A DNA stretch of 64,000 nt from an uncultured Chloroflexia bacterium (GTDB lineage Bacteria > Chloroflexota > Limnocylindria > Limnocylindrales > CSP1-4). Every line of letters starts with the position of its first letter. The stretch's first letter is position 1. This document shows positions 1-10,573 of the stretch, in pieces. Location: NCBI GenBank assembly GCA_963833225.1, contig CAWHXD010000006.1, positions 288,001-352,000 on the forward strand, in the 5' to 3' direction. The notes beneath the pieces are model-generated. The model did not search any database, was not told the origin of the DNA, and saw nothing but the letters and a program-made list of their open reading frames with translations. Both the position numbers and the translations under genes were made by a program.

Positions 1-1122
1 GGCGGTGGTCGACGCCATGGCCGGAACGCCTCGGGCTGCCGCCCGGGACTCACCGGAGCCGGACCACCCCGGTGCTCGCGGGCCTCGGACCGGTGGCGGC
101 GCGGCCGCACGTCGATGCCCAAGGGCGACGGAGATGGGCGCTCGTCGCGGGCGATCGTCGAGACGGCCGGGCGGGTTACAGTACGCGCCGTCGGATCGGT
201 CCCGCCGCTGCGCTCATTGGCGCGGCGTCCGATGGCAGCTCGTCCGGTTGCCCGGGTCGCTCGCGCCGATCGGGGTTGACCCGAATACGCTCAAGGCCAT
301 TCCGGACCCCACCTGGTCGGACGCCATGTACTACGCCGTCGAATGCCAGGACTACGTCTACCAGGGCGACAAGGCGACCGACGCCGAGCGCTGGCCGGCT
401 TCCTCGCCGCTGCCGCGCCGCGGACGCGGAGTCCCGGTTCGGTACCTCTACACTCCGACATGCCGTGCCTGTACTGGCCCGATCGCCCGGCCAAGGACCT
501 GCGCCCGGCCCCGATCGTGGGGGCGCCGTACACCACGATCGTGATGGTGGCCACAACCGACCCCATCACTCCCGTCGCGAATGCCATCCGGCTTGCGAAC
601 CGGCTGCGGAACGGGCACGTGATCATCCAGGACGGCGGGCCGCACGTGATCTTCGGGTGGGGTCTCTCGTGCCCGGACAAGCGCGTGGCCCGCTACATGG
701 TCAAGGGCGAGCGGCTTCCCGGAGTCCTTGTCTGCAAGGGATATGTGATCGACGACTACGTGCCCATCGCGAGGGATGCCGAAGCGGACTATGCGGATGG
801 CTCGGACTTCATGGAGGTGCTGGTTGCGCAGATCCTGAACAGCGATGACTACGTGTACGAGCTGGATCAGGATCCGATCCGCGTCGGCTGCGACTTCGGC
901 GGGGTGCTGGTCTACACCCCGAGCGCGCGAGGGACCACGCTGGAGCTCGACGGCTGCCAGATGACCGATGGCGTGCCCGTGACCGGGAGGGGCTCGATCA
1001 ACGACAGCTCGGGCACGGTCAAGCTGGGCGTCACGCTCCCCGGCGGTGAGCTGCGCACGGGGGGACGGAGCCGGCGAGGCGAGGGTCACGGGGTGTTCCG
1101 CGACAAACCGGTCGGGCCGTAG
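1..1122 (+). CDS. Alpha/beta hydrolase, TAP-like C-terminal part; 5'-truncated by window edge, frameshifted near 390-450
   Basis: AMYYAVECQD (ORF 5..544) continues after frameshift into MPCLYWP...ATTDPITP (acid)...GGPHVIFG (His)...CPDKRVARY (ORF 343..1122), the usual TAP-like peptidase C-terminus. Confidence 0.65.
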
Positions 1123-1323
1123 GGGCCGCCTGGCTGGCACGCGCCGCCCACCGGATCCGAGGCTCCAGGCAAGGTCGGTACGCACGCACTCCGCCCGGTA
1201 GACTTCCCGAAACCGACACCATCGCGAGGGAGGGGCCATTGGCCGAGCCGGAGGAGCAGGAAGAACCGCTTCGGGGGCCGCCGCCCGGCGGGTGGATCGG
1301 TCACGGACCTGGGACGTGGATCG

Positions 1324-3054
1324 GTGCCGGACCCGCGCCGCGGCAAGACCGTCCATGGTGATGCCGCCAACGCCGGCCATCGCGTCCTCGCCCCAGATGA
1401 CGCCGAGGTCGAGGCCTACCTCGAGGTCGCGCTCGATGCCCCCGCGCCGGATCGCGCTCCGACCGATCCACCCGTCGCCGCGGTCGTGCCCGAGCCCGGG
1501 GTGGTGGCGGTCCTGGACTTCGGCTCGCAGTTCGCCCAGCTCATCGCAAGGCGGGTCCGCGAGCTCAACGTCTACTCGGAGCTGCTTCCCCACGACACCC
1601 CGCTCGCGGAGCTGGAGCGCCGCGGGGTTCGCGCGATCATCCTCTCGGGCGGCCCCAACTCCGTCTACGACGAGGGGGCACCGCGGCCCGATTCCTCCAT
1701 CTGGAGCGGCCGTCTCCCGGTGCTGGGGATCTGTTACGGCGCCCAGCTGATGGCGATCGAGCTCGGCGGCGACGTGCTGCCGGCGTCGAAGCGCGAATAC
1801 GGGCCGGCCACGGTCCAGATCACCCGCGACGATGGGTTGTTCGCCGGCATCGACCGCGACCAGCCGGTCTGGATGAGCCACGGCGACTCCATCACGCGGA
1901 TGCCGGAAGGATTCAGCGCCACGGCGCAGACGGAGTCCACGCCCTACGCGGGACTCGCGGCTCCCGAGCGGAACCTGTACGGGATCCAGTTCCACCCAGA
2001 GGTGGCGCACACGCCGCGCGGCAAGGAGATCCTTCGCAACTTCGTGACCGGGATCGCGCACATCGCGCCCGCCTGGACATCGGCCAACTTCATCGAGACC
2101 ACCGTCGTCGAGATCCGGGAGCGTGTGGCGCGGCGCGCACGCGAGACCGGCACCGACGGCAAGGTGATCTGTGCGCTCTCGGGCGGCGTGGACTCGGCGG
2201 TGGCCGCGGCGCTGGTCCATCGGGCCGTCGGCGACCGGCTGACCTGCATCTACGTGGACCACGGCCTGATGCGCAAGAAGGAATCCGAGCTGCTGCGAGT
2301 GACGTTCGAGGCCAACCTCGGCATGAACCTGGTGATGGTTGACGCGCGCGAGCGGTTCCTTGCCCGCCTCGCCGGCGTGACGGACCCGGAGCAGAAGCGC
2401 CGGATCATCGGCGACGAGTTCATCCGCGTGTTCGAGGAGGAGGCGGCCCGGATCGGGCAGATCGACTTCCTCACCCAGGGGACGCTCTACCCGGACGTGA
2501 TCGAGTCGACCACCCCGGAGACCAAGACCGCCCAGAAGATCAAGACCCACCACAACGTGGGGGGGCTGCCCGCGGATCTTCGCTTCCAGCTGATCGAGCC
2601 GCTGCGCTACCTGTTCAAGGATGAGGTCAGACTCGTTGGAGCCGCGCTCGGCCTGCCCGAGGCGATGGTCCAGCGGCAGCCGTTCCCGGGACCCGGCCTG
2701 GCGATCAGGATCCTCGGCGAGGTCACGGCCGAGCGCCTCGACACGCTCCGCGATGCGGACTGGATCGTGATCGACGAGATCAAGGCCGCGGGGCTGTACC
2801 GGAGCGTCTGGCAGTCGTTCGCGATCCTGACGCCAGTCCGCTCGGTCGGCGTCATGGGCGATGGGCGCACGTACGCGAACGTGGTCGCGATCCGGGCGGT
2901 CACCTCGGAGGACGGGATGACCGCGGACTGGGCGAAGCTGCCGTACGACGTGCTGGGCAAGATCTCGTCCCGCATCGTCAACGAGGTCCCGGGAGTCAAC
3001 CGCGTCGTCTACGACATCAGCAGCAAGCCGCCCGCGACCATCGAATGGGAGTAG
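1324..3054 (+). CDS. guaA: GMP synthase (glutamine-hydrolyzing) with N-terminal extension; true start may be TTG at 1239 with an indel
   Basis: [50 protein letters not shown]. Confidence 0.98.
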   Translation: MPDPRRGKTVHGDAANAGHRVLAPDDAEVEAYLEVALDAPAPDRAPTDPPVAAVVPEPGVVAVLDFGSQFAQLIARRVRELNVYSELLPHDTPLAELERRGVRAIILSGGPNSVYDEGAPRPDSSIWSGRLPVLGICYGAQLMAIELGGDVLPASKREYGPATVQITRDDGLFAGIDRDQPVWMSHGDSITRMPEGFSATAQTESTPYAGLAAPERNLYGIQFHPEVAHTPRGKEILRNFVTGIAHIAPAWTSANFIETTVVEIRERVARRARETGTDGKVICALSGGVDSAVAAALVHRAVGDRLTCIYVDHGLMRKKESELLRVTFEANLGMNLVMVDARERFLARLAGVTDPEQKRRIIGDEFIRVFEEEAARIGQIDFLTQGTLYPDVIESTTPETKTAQKIKTHHNVGGLPADLRFQLIEPLRYLFKDEVRLVGAALGLPEAMVQRQPFPGPGLAIRILGEVTAERLDTLRDADWIVIDEIKAAGLYRSVWQSFAILTPVRSVGVMGDGRTYANVVAIRAVTSEDGMTADWAKLPYDVLGKISSRIVNEVPGVNRVVYDISSKPPATIEWE

Positions 3055-3112
3055 GGGTCCATAGCCCAATCGGGGGAGTTGGCAACCCGGGTCAGGGGTC
3101 CACAATGTGCAC

Positions 3113-3673
3113 ATGGCCGATCCGATGAGCGGTCCCAGCACCCGGTGCCCGTGGTGCTCGGCCGAGCTGCCCGACGCGGGTGTCCCGCAATGCCCCTCGT
3201 GTGGCGCGATGCTGATCTCCGCGCCGGATTCCCCGGGTGACATCAAGGGCGTGACCACCCTGGACACGGAGGCGATCCTCCGGGCCCGCTCCGAGCTGTC
3301 GCGGCCCCGCAGCAGCCGGTTGCTCTCGTTCATCACCGGAGAACCCGCCCAGGCGAACGCCAAGATCGATCCCCAGTCGCTGGCTCGCCCGGACGTCGCC
3401 GTTCGACGCGAGATGCTCCGGCTCCAGATCGAGGCTGAGAAGGCGGACCTCGAGGCGGAATCCATCGCGCTCAAGGCCGACGAGCTTGCCCGCCGGGGGA
3501 TCGACCTCGCCGCGCTCGGCGCTCCTCCCCCGGCAACCGGGAACGACGCAGCCCCGGAGGGTGAGGCCGCGCTTGATCCCCAGGTGGCCACGGAAGGCGA
3601 CGCGGCCGACGCGGGCGAGTGGCCGCCGGAGCTCGATCCGGCCGCTCCGCCGGAGCCCCCGTCCCAGGGCTGA
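3113..3673 (+). CDS. Zinc-ribbon (CPWC..CPSC) coiled-coil hypothetical protein
   Basis: Two CxxC pairs at the N-terminus, helical middle, acidic Pro-rich tail; CACAAT 6 nt before ATG. Confidence 0.7.
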   Translation: MADPMSGPSTRCPWCSAELPDAGVPQCPSCGAMLISAPDSPGDIKGVTTLDTEAILRARSELSRPRSSRLLSFITGEPAQANAKIDPQSLARPDVAVRREMLRLQIEAEKADLEAESIALKADELARRGIDLAALGAPPPATGNDAAPEGEAALDPQVATEGDAADAGEWPPELDPAAPPEPPSQG

Positions 3674-3759
3674 CGCCCGCCCCACGCCTTCCCGTCGCAC
3701 CCCCGCCACCGGCGCCCCACGCCCGGCGTCGCCCGATGGGCCCGGTATGCTCCGTGGCG

Positions 3760-4218
3760 ATGCCCGAACGACTCTCGCACCCCGGCCCCTCCTTCATCAG
3801 GGAGCAGGAGGTCCGCGTCGGGGATCGCCGGCTCAGCGCCGGGATGACCAGGCCCGTCGACGGACCCGACGACTGGTGGCTGGCCGTCCTGTGGGTTGTC
3901 GATGACGAGGGCGTCGTCAGCTTCCGCGAGGTGGGTCCCACCGCCGGCCCTCCACCCGAGCCGCCGCTGGCCCACCTCGGACCGTCGTTCGCCGGGTCGT
4001 TGTCCGGGCTGATCCGCGAGGAGGACGGCCGCCTGGCGATCCGCCTGGTTCCGCTTGCCCCGCCCGAGGACGACTCACGGCCGTGGCGCTGCCCGCTGGC
4101 GATCCGGGCGGCGTTTCGCTGGGAGCCGGCGCTTGCCCAGACGATGCGCCCCAACCAGCTGGCCGAGCGCGTGCTGACCGGTTTCGGCCGGGCGGTGGAG
4201 GGTCTCCAGCACCGCTGA
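3760..4218 (+). CDS. Hypothetical protein
   Basis: Globular-looking ORF (WWLAVLWVVDDEGVV...) in operon orientation; TATGCT just upstream of ATG 3760. Confidence 0.65.
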   Translation: MPERLSHPGPSFIREQEVRVGDRRLSAGMTRPVDGPDDWWLAVLWVVDDEGVVSFREVGPTAGPPPEPPLAHLGPSFAGSLSGLIREEDGRLAIRLVPLAPPEDDSRPWRCPLAIRAAFRWEPALAQTMRPNQLAERVLTGFGRAVEGLQHR

Positions 4219-4291
4219 TGGGACGGTCGTCCCCGTCGTGCGCGACGTCCAGCCCGCGCCAGTTGCTCCAGTCTCCCCTAGACTCGTCGCG

Positions 4292-7200
4292 ATGGGTGAC
4301 CTGTTCGACGAGTTCATGCGGGATCTGGAGCGCCGCCGCGCCGAGGCTGAGGGCGGCTCCCCTCCCCACGATCCGGATGCCGACGGCGACGCCACGGACG
4401 GCACCGCGGCCGACGACGGCATCGAGGCACACGGTGATTCCACGCCCGAGGCGGACGACGCCAACGACGAGCCCGCCCACGACGAGCCCACGCCGATCCG
4501 ACGCCGGCGGTCAGGCAGCCGCGAGCGATCAGCCGGCGCCACTCCGAGACACGCCGCCGGATCAGGCGCCCCGCCGCGTCGGCCCGCCAGGAAGCCGGCC
4601 GGCGGCCCTAACGATGGCGGTGACCTGACGCTGGGCGGGATCCTGCGCCGAGTTGGCATCGGCGCGATCCTGGTCGTGGTCGCGCTGGTCGTGTTCCTGG
4701 CCGGCATCGGCATCGAGCTGTGGACCGACGCGATCTGGTACCAGAGCGTCGGCTTCGACTCGGTGTTCTGGACGCGGCTTGGTGTCCAGGTGGCACTGTT
4801 CGCCGCCGCCCTCGCGGTCTCGCTCGTGGTCCTCCTGTTCAACTTGTGGCTGGCCGGCCGGTTCGCGCCGCCACCCAACCCCGAACGACCCGGCCGCATG
4901 CGCGAGGTCGCCCAGCGCATCGGCGATGCCCAGCGGCAGGCCGAGCGAGCTGCCCGGATGGGAGCCGGTCCCACGGGTCGCGGACCCGCCGGCGGCTTTC
5001 CGGGCCGTGGCGCCGACGTCCCCGGCACGTTCGACATGGACGACATCCCCGACCTGGTGCCGATCGCGCGCTGGGCCATCGCCGTGGTCGCGGTGTTCAT
5101 CGCGCTCGGGATCGCCGGCAGCGTGTCGGGCGCCTGGACCACGCTCCTGCTGTGGATCAACCGCGTCCCATTCGATCCCAGCCAGACCGTGGCGGACCCG
5201 ATCTTCAATCGTGACGTCAGCTTCTTCCTGTTCGACCTGCCGACCTTCCGCTGGGCGCAGTCACTGTTCAACGGGCTGCTCCTGGCGTCGCTGCTCGTCG
5301 CCGGCGCCCGCTACCTCGCGCAGGCAACACAGGGCGGCGAGGTGTTCATCACCCGGGTCCGCGTTCACCTCGCGGTCCTTGGCGGCCTGTACCTGCTCTC
5401 GGTCGCCCTCGGCTACCAGCTCGACAAGTACGAGCTCGTGTACAGCACCGCGGGGTCGACGGTTGGCGTCGGCTTCACCGACTTCAATGCCCGGTTCCTG
5501 GCCTACGACGTTCTCACCTTCCTGTCCGGCATCGCCGGCGCGCTCCTGATCGCGGGCGCGTTCACGCGCTGGATGTGGCCGCTGGGCGCCATCGTGATCA
5601 TCTGGTTCAGCGCGAGCATCGTCCTCGGCCGCCTGTACCCCGAGGCGATCCAGCGCCTGACCGTGGATCCCAACGAGTTCGCCCAGGAGGAGCGGTTCAT
5701 CGCGAACAACATCGGGATGACCCGGCTCGCCTATGGTCTCGACAAGTGGGAGACAAAGTCGTATGCGGGGACGGCGCCCCTCACACGCGCGGCCGTCGAG
5801 GCCGAGGCCGACACCTTCACCAACGCCAGGTTGTGGGACTACCGGCCGCTGGGCACCACCCTCGACCAGCTCCAGACCGTGCGCCAGTACTACGACTTCG
5901 TTGACGTGGACACGGACCGCTACATCGTGGACGGGGACCTGCGCCAGGTCATGCTTTCCGGCCGCGAGCTCGCGATCGAGAAGAACCCGCAGGCGTCGAG
6001 CTGGGTCAACCAGCGGATCATCTATACCCACGGCATCGGCGTCGCCATGGTGCCGGTCAACGAGGTGACCCAGGAGGGCCAGCCAAGGCTCTGGATCCGG
6101 GACCTTCCGCCCGTGTCGTCGCCCGGTGTGCCCGAGATCACCCAGCCCCGGCTCTACTTCGGCGAGGCCGACGACCACTACGTCGTCACCGGTGCCCGCC
6201 AGCCGGAGTTCGACATCCCGGGCAACGGCACGACCGAGGATCTCACCTACTCCTGGACCGGCACGACGGGCATCAAGCTGGACTCCACCCTGACCCGGCT
6301 CCTGTTCTCGCTCCGCTTCCGGGACTTCGACCTGATGATCAGCGACCAGGTCACCGCCGACAGCCAGCTCCTGTTCCACCGAACGCTGCGCGACCGAGTG
6401 ACCCGGATCGCGCCATTCCTGCGGTTTGACAAGGACCCGTACCTCACCGTCGACCGAGGTCGCCTGGTCTACATCCAGGACGCGTACACGATCAGCGATT
6501 CCTTCCCGCAGTCCACGTGGTTCAACGCCGGCGACCTGGCGCCCGAATCGGGCCTGGCCGGCGAGTCGTTCAACTACGTGCGCAACAGCGTCAAGATCAC
6601 GATGGACGCCTACGACGGCACCATGACCTTCTACGTGGCCGACGAGGCCGATCCCCTGATCCGCGCCTGGCAGGGCGTGTTCCCGGACCTGTTCCATCCG
6701 CTGTCCGAGATGTCCTCGGACCTGCGTGACCACCTGCGCGTGCCCGAGGAGCTGTTCAACGTCCAGACGCGGATGTACGGGCAGTACCACGTCACCCAGC
6801 CGCTGACGTTCTTCAACAACACCGACCGCTGGACGGTCCCGCAGCCGCAGTCGAACACCCAGTCGCTGCCGCCCGAGGCGTACTACGTCGTGATGCGCAT
6901 GCCGGGTGAGCCCAAGGCCGAGTTCCTGCTCCTGCAGCCGATGATCGCCCAGAACCGCCCCAACATGATCGCGTGGGTGGCCGCCCGGAACGATCCGGCC
7001 AACTACGGGACGGTCCGCGCCTATCGCTTCCCGTCTGACACGACCATCTTCGGGCCCGCCCAGATCGAGTCCCGGATCGACGCCGACCCGGTGATCAGCT
7101 CCCAGGTGACGCTCTGGGACCAGGCCGGTTCGGACGTGATCCGGGGCAACCTGATCGTCGTGCCGGTCGGCGAGTCGCTGCTGTACCTGCAGCCGGTCTA

Positions 7201-7588
7201 CCTCCAGTCGTCCTCGGCGGCGTTCCCGGAGTTCCAGAAGATCGTGGTCGCCAGCCCCACGACCATCGTGTGGGGTGACACGCTCGGCGAGGCGCTCAAC
7301 GAGCTGCTGACCCAGCAGGGGCAAGGGCCCACGCCCACGCCAGAACCCACACCCACTCCGGGGCCCAACGCCACGCCCAGGCCGTCGGTCTCGCCGGGTC
7401 CGGGCGACCAGCTGCCGAGTGACGTCAACGGCCTGATTGCCTACGCCAGCGCGCACTACGACCTGGCGCAGGCCGCGCTGCGGAGTGGCGATCTCGCGAC
7501 GTACGCCGACGAGATGAACAAGGTGGGGTCGGCGATCAGCCGGCTTACCGAGCTCACCGGCTCCCCGGTCCCGACCACCGCGCCGTGA
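4292..7588 (+). CDS. UPF0182 family membrane protein
   Basis: WTDAIWYQSVGF, DPIFNRDVSFFLFDLP, NARLWDYRPL, YYDFVDVDTDRY, FNYVRNSVK, VIRGNLIVVP; start ATG 4292 or GTG 4238. Confidence 0.92.
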   Translation: MGDLFDEFMRDLERRRAEAEGGSPPHDPDADGDATDGTAADDGIEAHGDSTPEADDANDEPAHDEPTPIRRRRSGSRERSAGATPRHAAGSGAPPRRPARKPAGGPNDGGDLTLGGILRRVGIGAILVVVALVVFLAGIGIELWTDAIWYQSVGFDSVFWTRLGVQVALFAAALAVSLVVLLFNLWLAGRFAPPPNPERPGRMREVAQRIGDAQRQAERAARMGAGPTGRGPAGGFPGRGADVPGTFDMDDIPDLVPIARWAIAVVAVFIALGIAGSVSGAWTTLLLWINRVPFDPSQTVADPIFNRDVSFFLFDLPTFRWAQSLFNGLLLASLLVAGARYLAQATQGGEVFITRVRVHLAVLGGLYLLSVALGYQLDKYELVYSTAGSTVGVGFTDFNARFLAYDVLTFLSGIAGALLIAGAFTRWMWPLGAIVIIWFSASIVLGRLYPEAIQRLTVDPNEFAQEERFIANNIGMTRLAYGLDKWETKSYAGTAPLTRAAVEAEADTFTNARLWDYRPLGTTLDQLQTVRQYYDFVDVDTDRYIVDGDLRQVMLSGRELAIEKNPQASSWVNQRIIYTHGIGVAMVPVNEVTQEGQPRLWIRDLPPVSSPGVPEITQPRLYFGEADDHYVVTGARQPEFDIPGNGTTEDLTYSWTGTTGIKLDSTLTRLLFSLRFRDFDLMISDQVTADSQLLFHRTLRDRVTRIAPFLRFDKDPYLTVDRGRLVYIQDAYTISDSFPQSTWFNAGDLAPESGLAGESFNYVRNSVKITMDAYDGTMTFYVADEADPLIRAWQGVFPDLFHPLSEMSSDLRDHLRVPEELFNVQTRMYGQYHVTQPLTFFNNTDRWTVPQPQSNTQSLPPEAYYVVMRMPGEPKAEFLLLQPMIAQNRPNMIAWVAARNDPANYGTVRAYRFPSDTTIFGPAQIESRIDADPVISSQVTLWDQAGSDVIRGNLIVVPVGESLLYLQPVYLQSSSAAFPEFQKIVVASPTTIVWGDTLGEALNELLTQQGQGPTPTPEPTPTPGPNATPRPSVSPGPGDQLPSDVNGLIAYASAHYDLAQAALRSGDLATYADEMNKVGSAISRLTELTGSPVPTTAP

Positions 7589-8583
7589 CCGCCGTCCCCG
7601 CTGCCGGGGGCTCGTTGGTACGGAAGCCGCCGAGCCGGCTCGGCTGGGGGACGGTCGCCACCGGGGCAATCGCCGTCACGCTGCTCCGCCCCGCATCCTG
7701 GGGGCTGGGTCTGCTCGGCTTCCTCGCCGGGGGCGGGATCCTGCTGGTTGCCTGGCCGATCCTCGTCCTGCCGACGCCGCCGGGCCTCCAGAACCTGCTC
7801 GCCGGGCCAATCAGCTCGCTGGTGTTCGGCACGCTGTCCCCGTCGCTCGTGGTCCTGGCCATCGGTGGGTTGGTCGGATCGGTGGCCGTGGTCGTCGCGG
7901 CGACGCTCCTGGGCGCCTGGGCCGAACGCCAGGGGATCGCGCTCGTGCTCGAGGCCGCCGCGGATGACGGGCTGAAGCTGCCGCCAACAGCGCCCGACGG
8001 GGCTCCGGGCACCGGGCGCGTTGCGCTGGTCCGACTGCTCGCGCTGGTGCCGGTCATGGTCGCCGCGGGCCTCGCCTGGGGACCTGTCTATGGCGCGACC
8101 TACCATGAGCTGGTCCTCCCCCGCGACCTCGTGACACCGCTTCCGCTTCGCGTGCTTGCCCAGGTGCCGTGGCCGGTGCTGGGGGTGGCGATCACCTGGC
8201 TCCTTGCCGATGCTGCCGCCGCGATCGGGGTGCGCCGCCTGGTGCTTGACCGCCGTCCGGTGCTCGCCGCATGGCTGCTGGGCTGGGCGGACCTGGTGCG
8301 CCGGCCCCATCGGGTGATCGCGACCGCGCTGCTCGGCGTTGGCGTGCTGGTCGCCCTGCTGGGACCGTCGATGGCTGCCGCCGCCATCGGATGGGGGCGC
8401 GTCCGCGACATCCTCGAGGCGGGAGGCGACCCAGTCACCGTGGTCGGCGCGACGCTGGTCTGGGTGGCCATCTGGCTGGGCGGCCTGGTGCTCGCGGGCG
8501 TCGGCGCCGCCGTCCGGGCCGCGGCCTGGACGCTGGAGGTCCCGGCGCAGACCGTGCCCCCGCAGGAGTCGTCACCCGCCTGA
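7585..8583 (+). CDS. Multi-pass membrane hypothetical protein
   Basis: About 6 hydrophobic segments; GTGA overlap with the UPF0182 stop. Confidence 0.7.
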   Translation: MTAVPAAGGSLVRKPPSRLGWGTVATGAIAVTLLRPASWGLGLLGFLAGGGILLVAWPILVLPTPPGLQNLLAGPISSLVFGTLSPSLVVLAIGGLVGSVAVVVAATLLGAWAERQGIALVLEAAADDGLKLPPTAPDGAPGTGRVALVRLLALVPVMVAAGLAWGPVYGATYHELVLPRDLVTPLPLRVLAQVPWPVLGVAITWLLADAAAAIGVRRLVLDRRPVLAAWLLGWADLVRRPHRVIATALLGVGVLVALLGPSMAAAAIGWGRVRDILEAGGDPVTVVGATLVWVAIWLGGLVLAGVGAAVRAAAWTLEVPAQTVPPQESSPA

Positions 8584-8627
8584 CGCTCCGAGCGTCACGT
8601 GCTCGGCCCGGTCGGGCCGCGCACCCC

Positions 8628-8636
8628 TGTTACACT
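8628..8636 (+). promoter_or_regulatory. Extended -10 promoter element (TGtTACACT)
   Basis: TGnTAnnnT about 60 nt upstream of ATG 8694, which has a GGAGG RBS-like sequence. Confidence 0.45.
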
Positions 8637-8693
8637 GCCGCTCGCTGCGCGCCGGCGGGCGCGCTCCTGCCCACGGAGGCGACACTTCAGCTC

Positions 8694-9353
8694 ATGCCCG
8701 ACGAGATTCTCCAGGCGATCGGCGACACGATCGGCGGCTTCTTTGGAAACCCGGTCGTCCAGCTCACGATCCAGGCCCTCATGGTCTATGTCGCCATCCT
8801 GTGGCTTGCCGCCGCGTATTGGGCCTTCCGCGACATGCAGCTGCGGAGCGAGAACCCTGTTCTGCCGTACCTCGCCGCCGCGCTGATCGTGCTGTTCACC
8901 CCCGTCCTGTTCGCCTTTGGGGTGATCGTGTACCGGATCATCCGGCCGCAGGAGAAGATCGGCGAGGTCTACGAGCGGAACTTGGCCGAAGAGGCGCTCC
9001 TGGCCGAGGTCGAGCAGATCAAGACCTGCCCGGGTTGCCACCGCCGGATCAGCGACGACTGGATCATCTGCCCCACCTGCCGCACCCGCCTCAACCGCGT
9101 GTGTGCGAACTGCGGGCGGCTGGTCGGCCTCGACTGGTCGCTGTGCGCATGGTGCGGGAAGGACTTCGAGCGGGGTGACATCGCGGCCTACGAGCCGATT
9201 GCCAGCGGCCTCGGGGACCTCGACCGGATCACCGCCCCGGCTGCCCGGACGGCCCGCCCGCGAGCCCGCACCGGAGCGGCGCGGCAGGCGCCGCCGGCGC
9301 CACAGCCTGCGCCCGGCGGGGCGAGCGCGTCCGAGCCAGTCGCCGAATCTTGA
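8694..9353 (+). CDS. Membrane-anchored double zinc-ribbon protein
   Basis: Two TM helices, then CPGC/CPTC/CANC/CAWC. Confidence 0.85.
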   Translation: MPDEILQAIGDTIGGFFGNPVVQLTIQALMVYVAILWLAAAYWAFRDMQLRSENPVLPYLAAALIVLFTPVLFAFGVIVYRIIRPQEKIGEVYERNLAEEALLAEVEQIKTCPGCHRRISDDWIICPTCRTRLNRVCANCGRLVGLDWSLCAWCGKDFERGDIAAYEPIASGLGDLDRITAPAARTARPRARTGAARQAPPAPQPAPGGASASEPVAES

Positions 9354-10384
9354 CCGGGGGCCCCGGCGGGGGCGAACGTCCGCCCATCGATCCCGACCGG
9401 GGCGCACGCTCCGCGGATGCTGCTCCGCCCGGTGGGCCTCCGCGACCCCCGGGCGTCTTCAGCCTCGAGGGTCGTGCCGTTCCCGCGGTCTACGTCGTGG
9501 GCTGGATCGGGACCCATTCTCGGTGGCGGCATCCTGTTCGTGTCGTTCGCGGCCACGTCGCTCGGTCGCGGCCCCATGGCTGTTCCTCGCCGGGCTGGTC
9601 TTCCTCGCGATCGGGGTCGTGTCCGCGACCGGCTCCCAGGCAATCGAGCGCGGCCGCCGCGCTCGACCTCGCCTACCGGGGTCCATCTCCCGTCCTCGCG
9701 TTCCTCGTCGTCGTGGTGCTCACGCTCCTCGTCCTGATCGTGATCCTGGCGCCGCTGTCGACCCTGGGGCTGGATGCCACATCGCCGCTCGCCACGACGC
9801 TCAACCTTGCGCTCACCACCGCGCTCTACATCGGTGTCATCCGCCTGCTGGTGGTTGGACCAGGCTCGCTCTCGTGGGGTGAGATGGGCGTCGTGCGACC
9901 GAGCATGGGCGCCGTCCGTGACCTGGCCGCTGGAGCGCTGCTCGCGGTCCCGGTGCTCGTTGTCACCTTGGCCCTCGGGGCGATCCTGTCCCGATTCCTG
10001 GAGCCGTCACCGAGCCCGCTCCCAGGGGCCGGCAATGCCGCCGGCCTCATCGCCAACCTGCTGTCCGCAGCCATCCTGGCGCCGATCGGCGAGGAGCTGT
10101 TCTTCCGCGGCTTCGCCACCACGGCCTGGGCGCGGGCGGCCGGTCCCGCGGCCGCGATCCTGCGAGGCGCCGTGTTCTTCGCCCTCGCTCACGTGGTCAC
10201 CGTGGTCGACGCGTCCTTTGGCACCGGCGCTCAGCGGGCGCTGTTCTCGTTCCTCGCCCTGATGCCGGTGGGTCTTGCGTTGGGCTGGCTCTACCTGGGA
10301 CGGCGCTCGCTGTACGCCGCCATCGGGCTGCACGCGGCGTTCAACGCGATCCAGGTGCTGCTCCTGGCCATCGGCACGTCCTGA
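9350..10384 (+). CDS. CPBP (CAAX/Abi) intramembrane metalloprotease; N-terminal part frameshifted (about 9520-9660)
   Basis: APIGEELFFRG, FFALAH, AIGLHAAFN motifs. Confidence 0.88.
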   Translation: MTGGPGGGERPPIDPDRGARSADAAPPGGPPRPPGVFSLEGRAVPAVYVVGWIGTHSRWRHPVRVVRGHVARSRPHGCSSPGWSSSRSGSCPRPAPRQSSAAAALDLAYRGPSPVLAFLVVVVLTLLVLIVILAPLSTLGLDATSPLATTLNLALTTALYIGVIRLLVVGPGSLSWGEMGVVRPSMGAVRDLAAGALLAVPVLVVTLALGAILSRFLEPSPSPLPGAGNAAGLIANLLSAAILAPIGEELFFRGFATTAWARAAGPAAAILRGAVFFALAHVVTVVDASFGTGAQRALFSFLALMPVGLALGWLYLGRRSLYAAIGLHAAFNAIQVLLLAIGTS

Positions 10385-10573
10385 GGCCCTTGTCCACAAA
10401 GCCCTCGCCAAGACGCGGATGAGCGGCCGGTAAGGGGCGGCCCCTAGCCTTCGTCGTGTTCCCGGGTCCGGACGGCGGGGGAAATCGGCGGGCTCCCGTC
10501 GTCCGGGCCCCGGGGACGCCTCTCCCGCGGGCGCGCAGCGGGCGGCCCGCCGGCCAGTCGGAAGGGCAGGTGG

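Noticed and set aside
448-3975. 1175-aa minus-strand ORF and other long antisense ORFs (5261..7669, 10789..13293, 13908..16151, 19905..21917, 31843..34074)
   Set aside because: Shadows of real genes in high-GC DNA; Arg/Gly/Pro-rich with no motifs
10390-10398. TTGTCCACA DnaA-box-like 9-mer
   Set aside because: Single copy, with no cluster, AT-rich unwinding region or dnaA nearby
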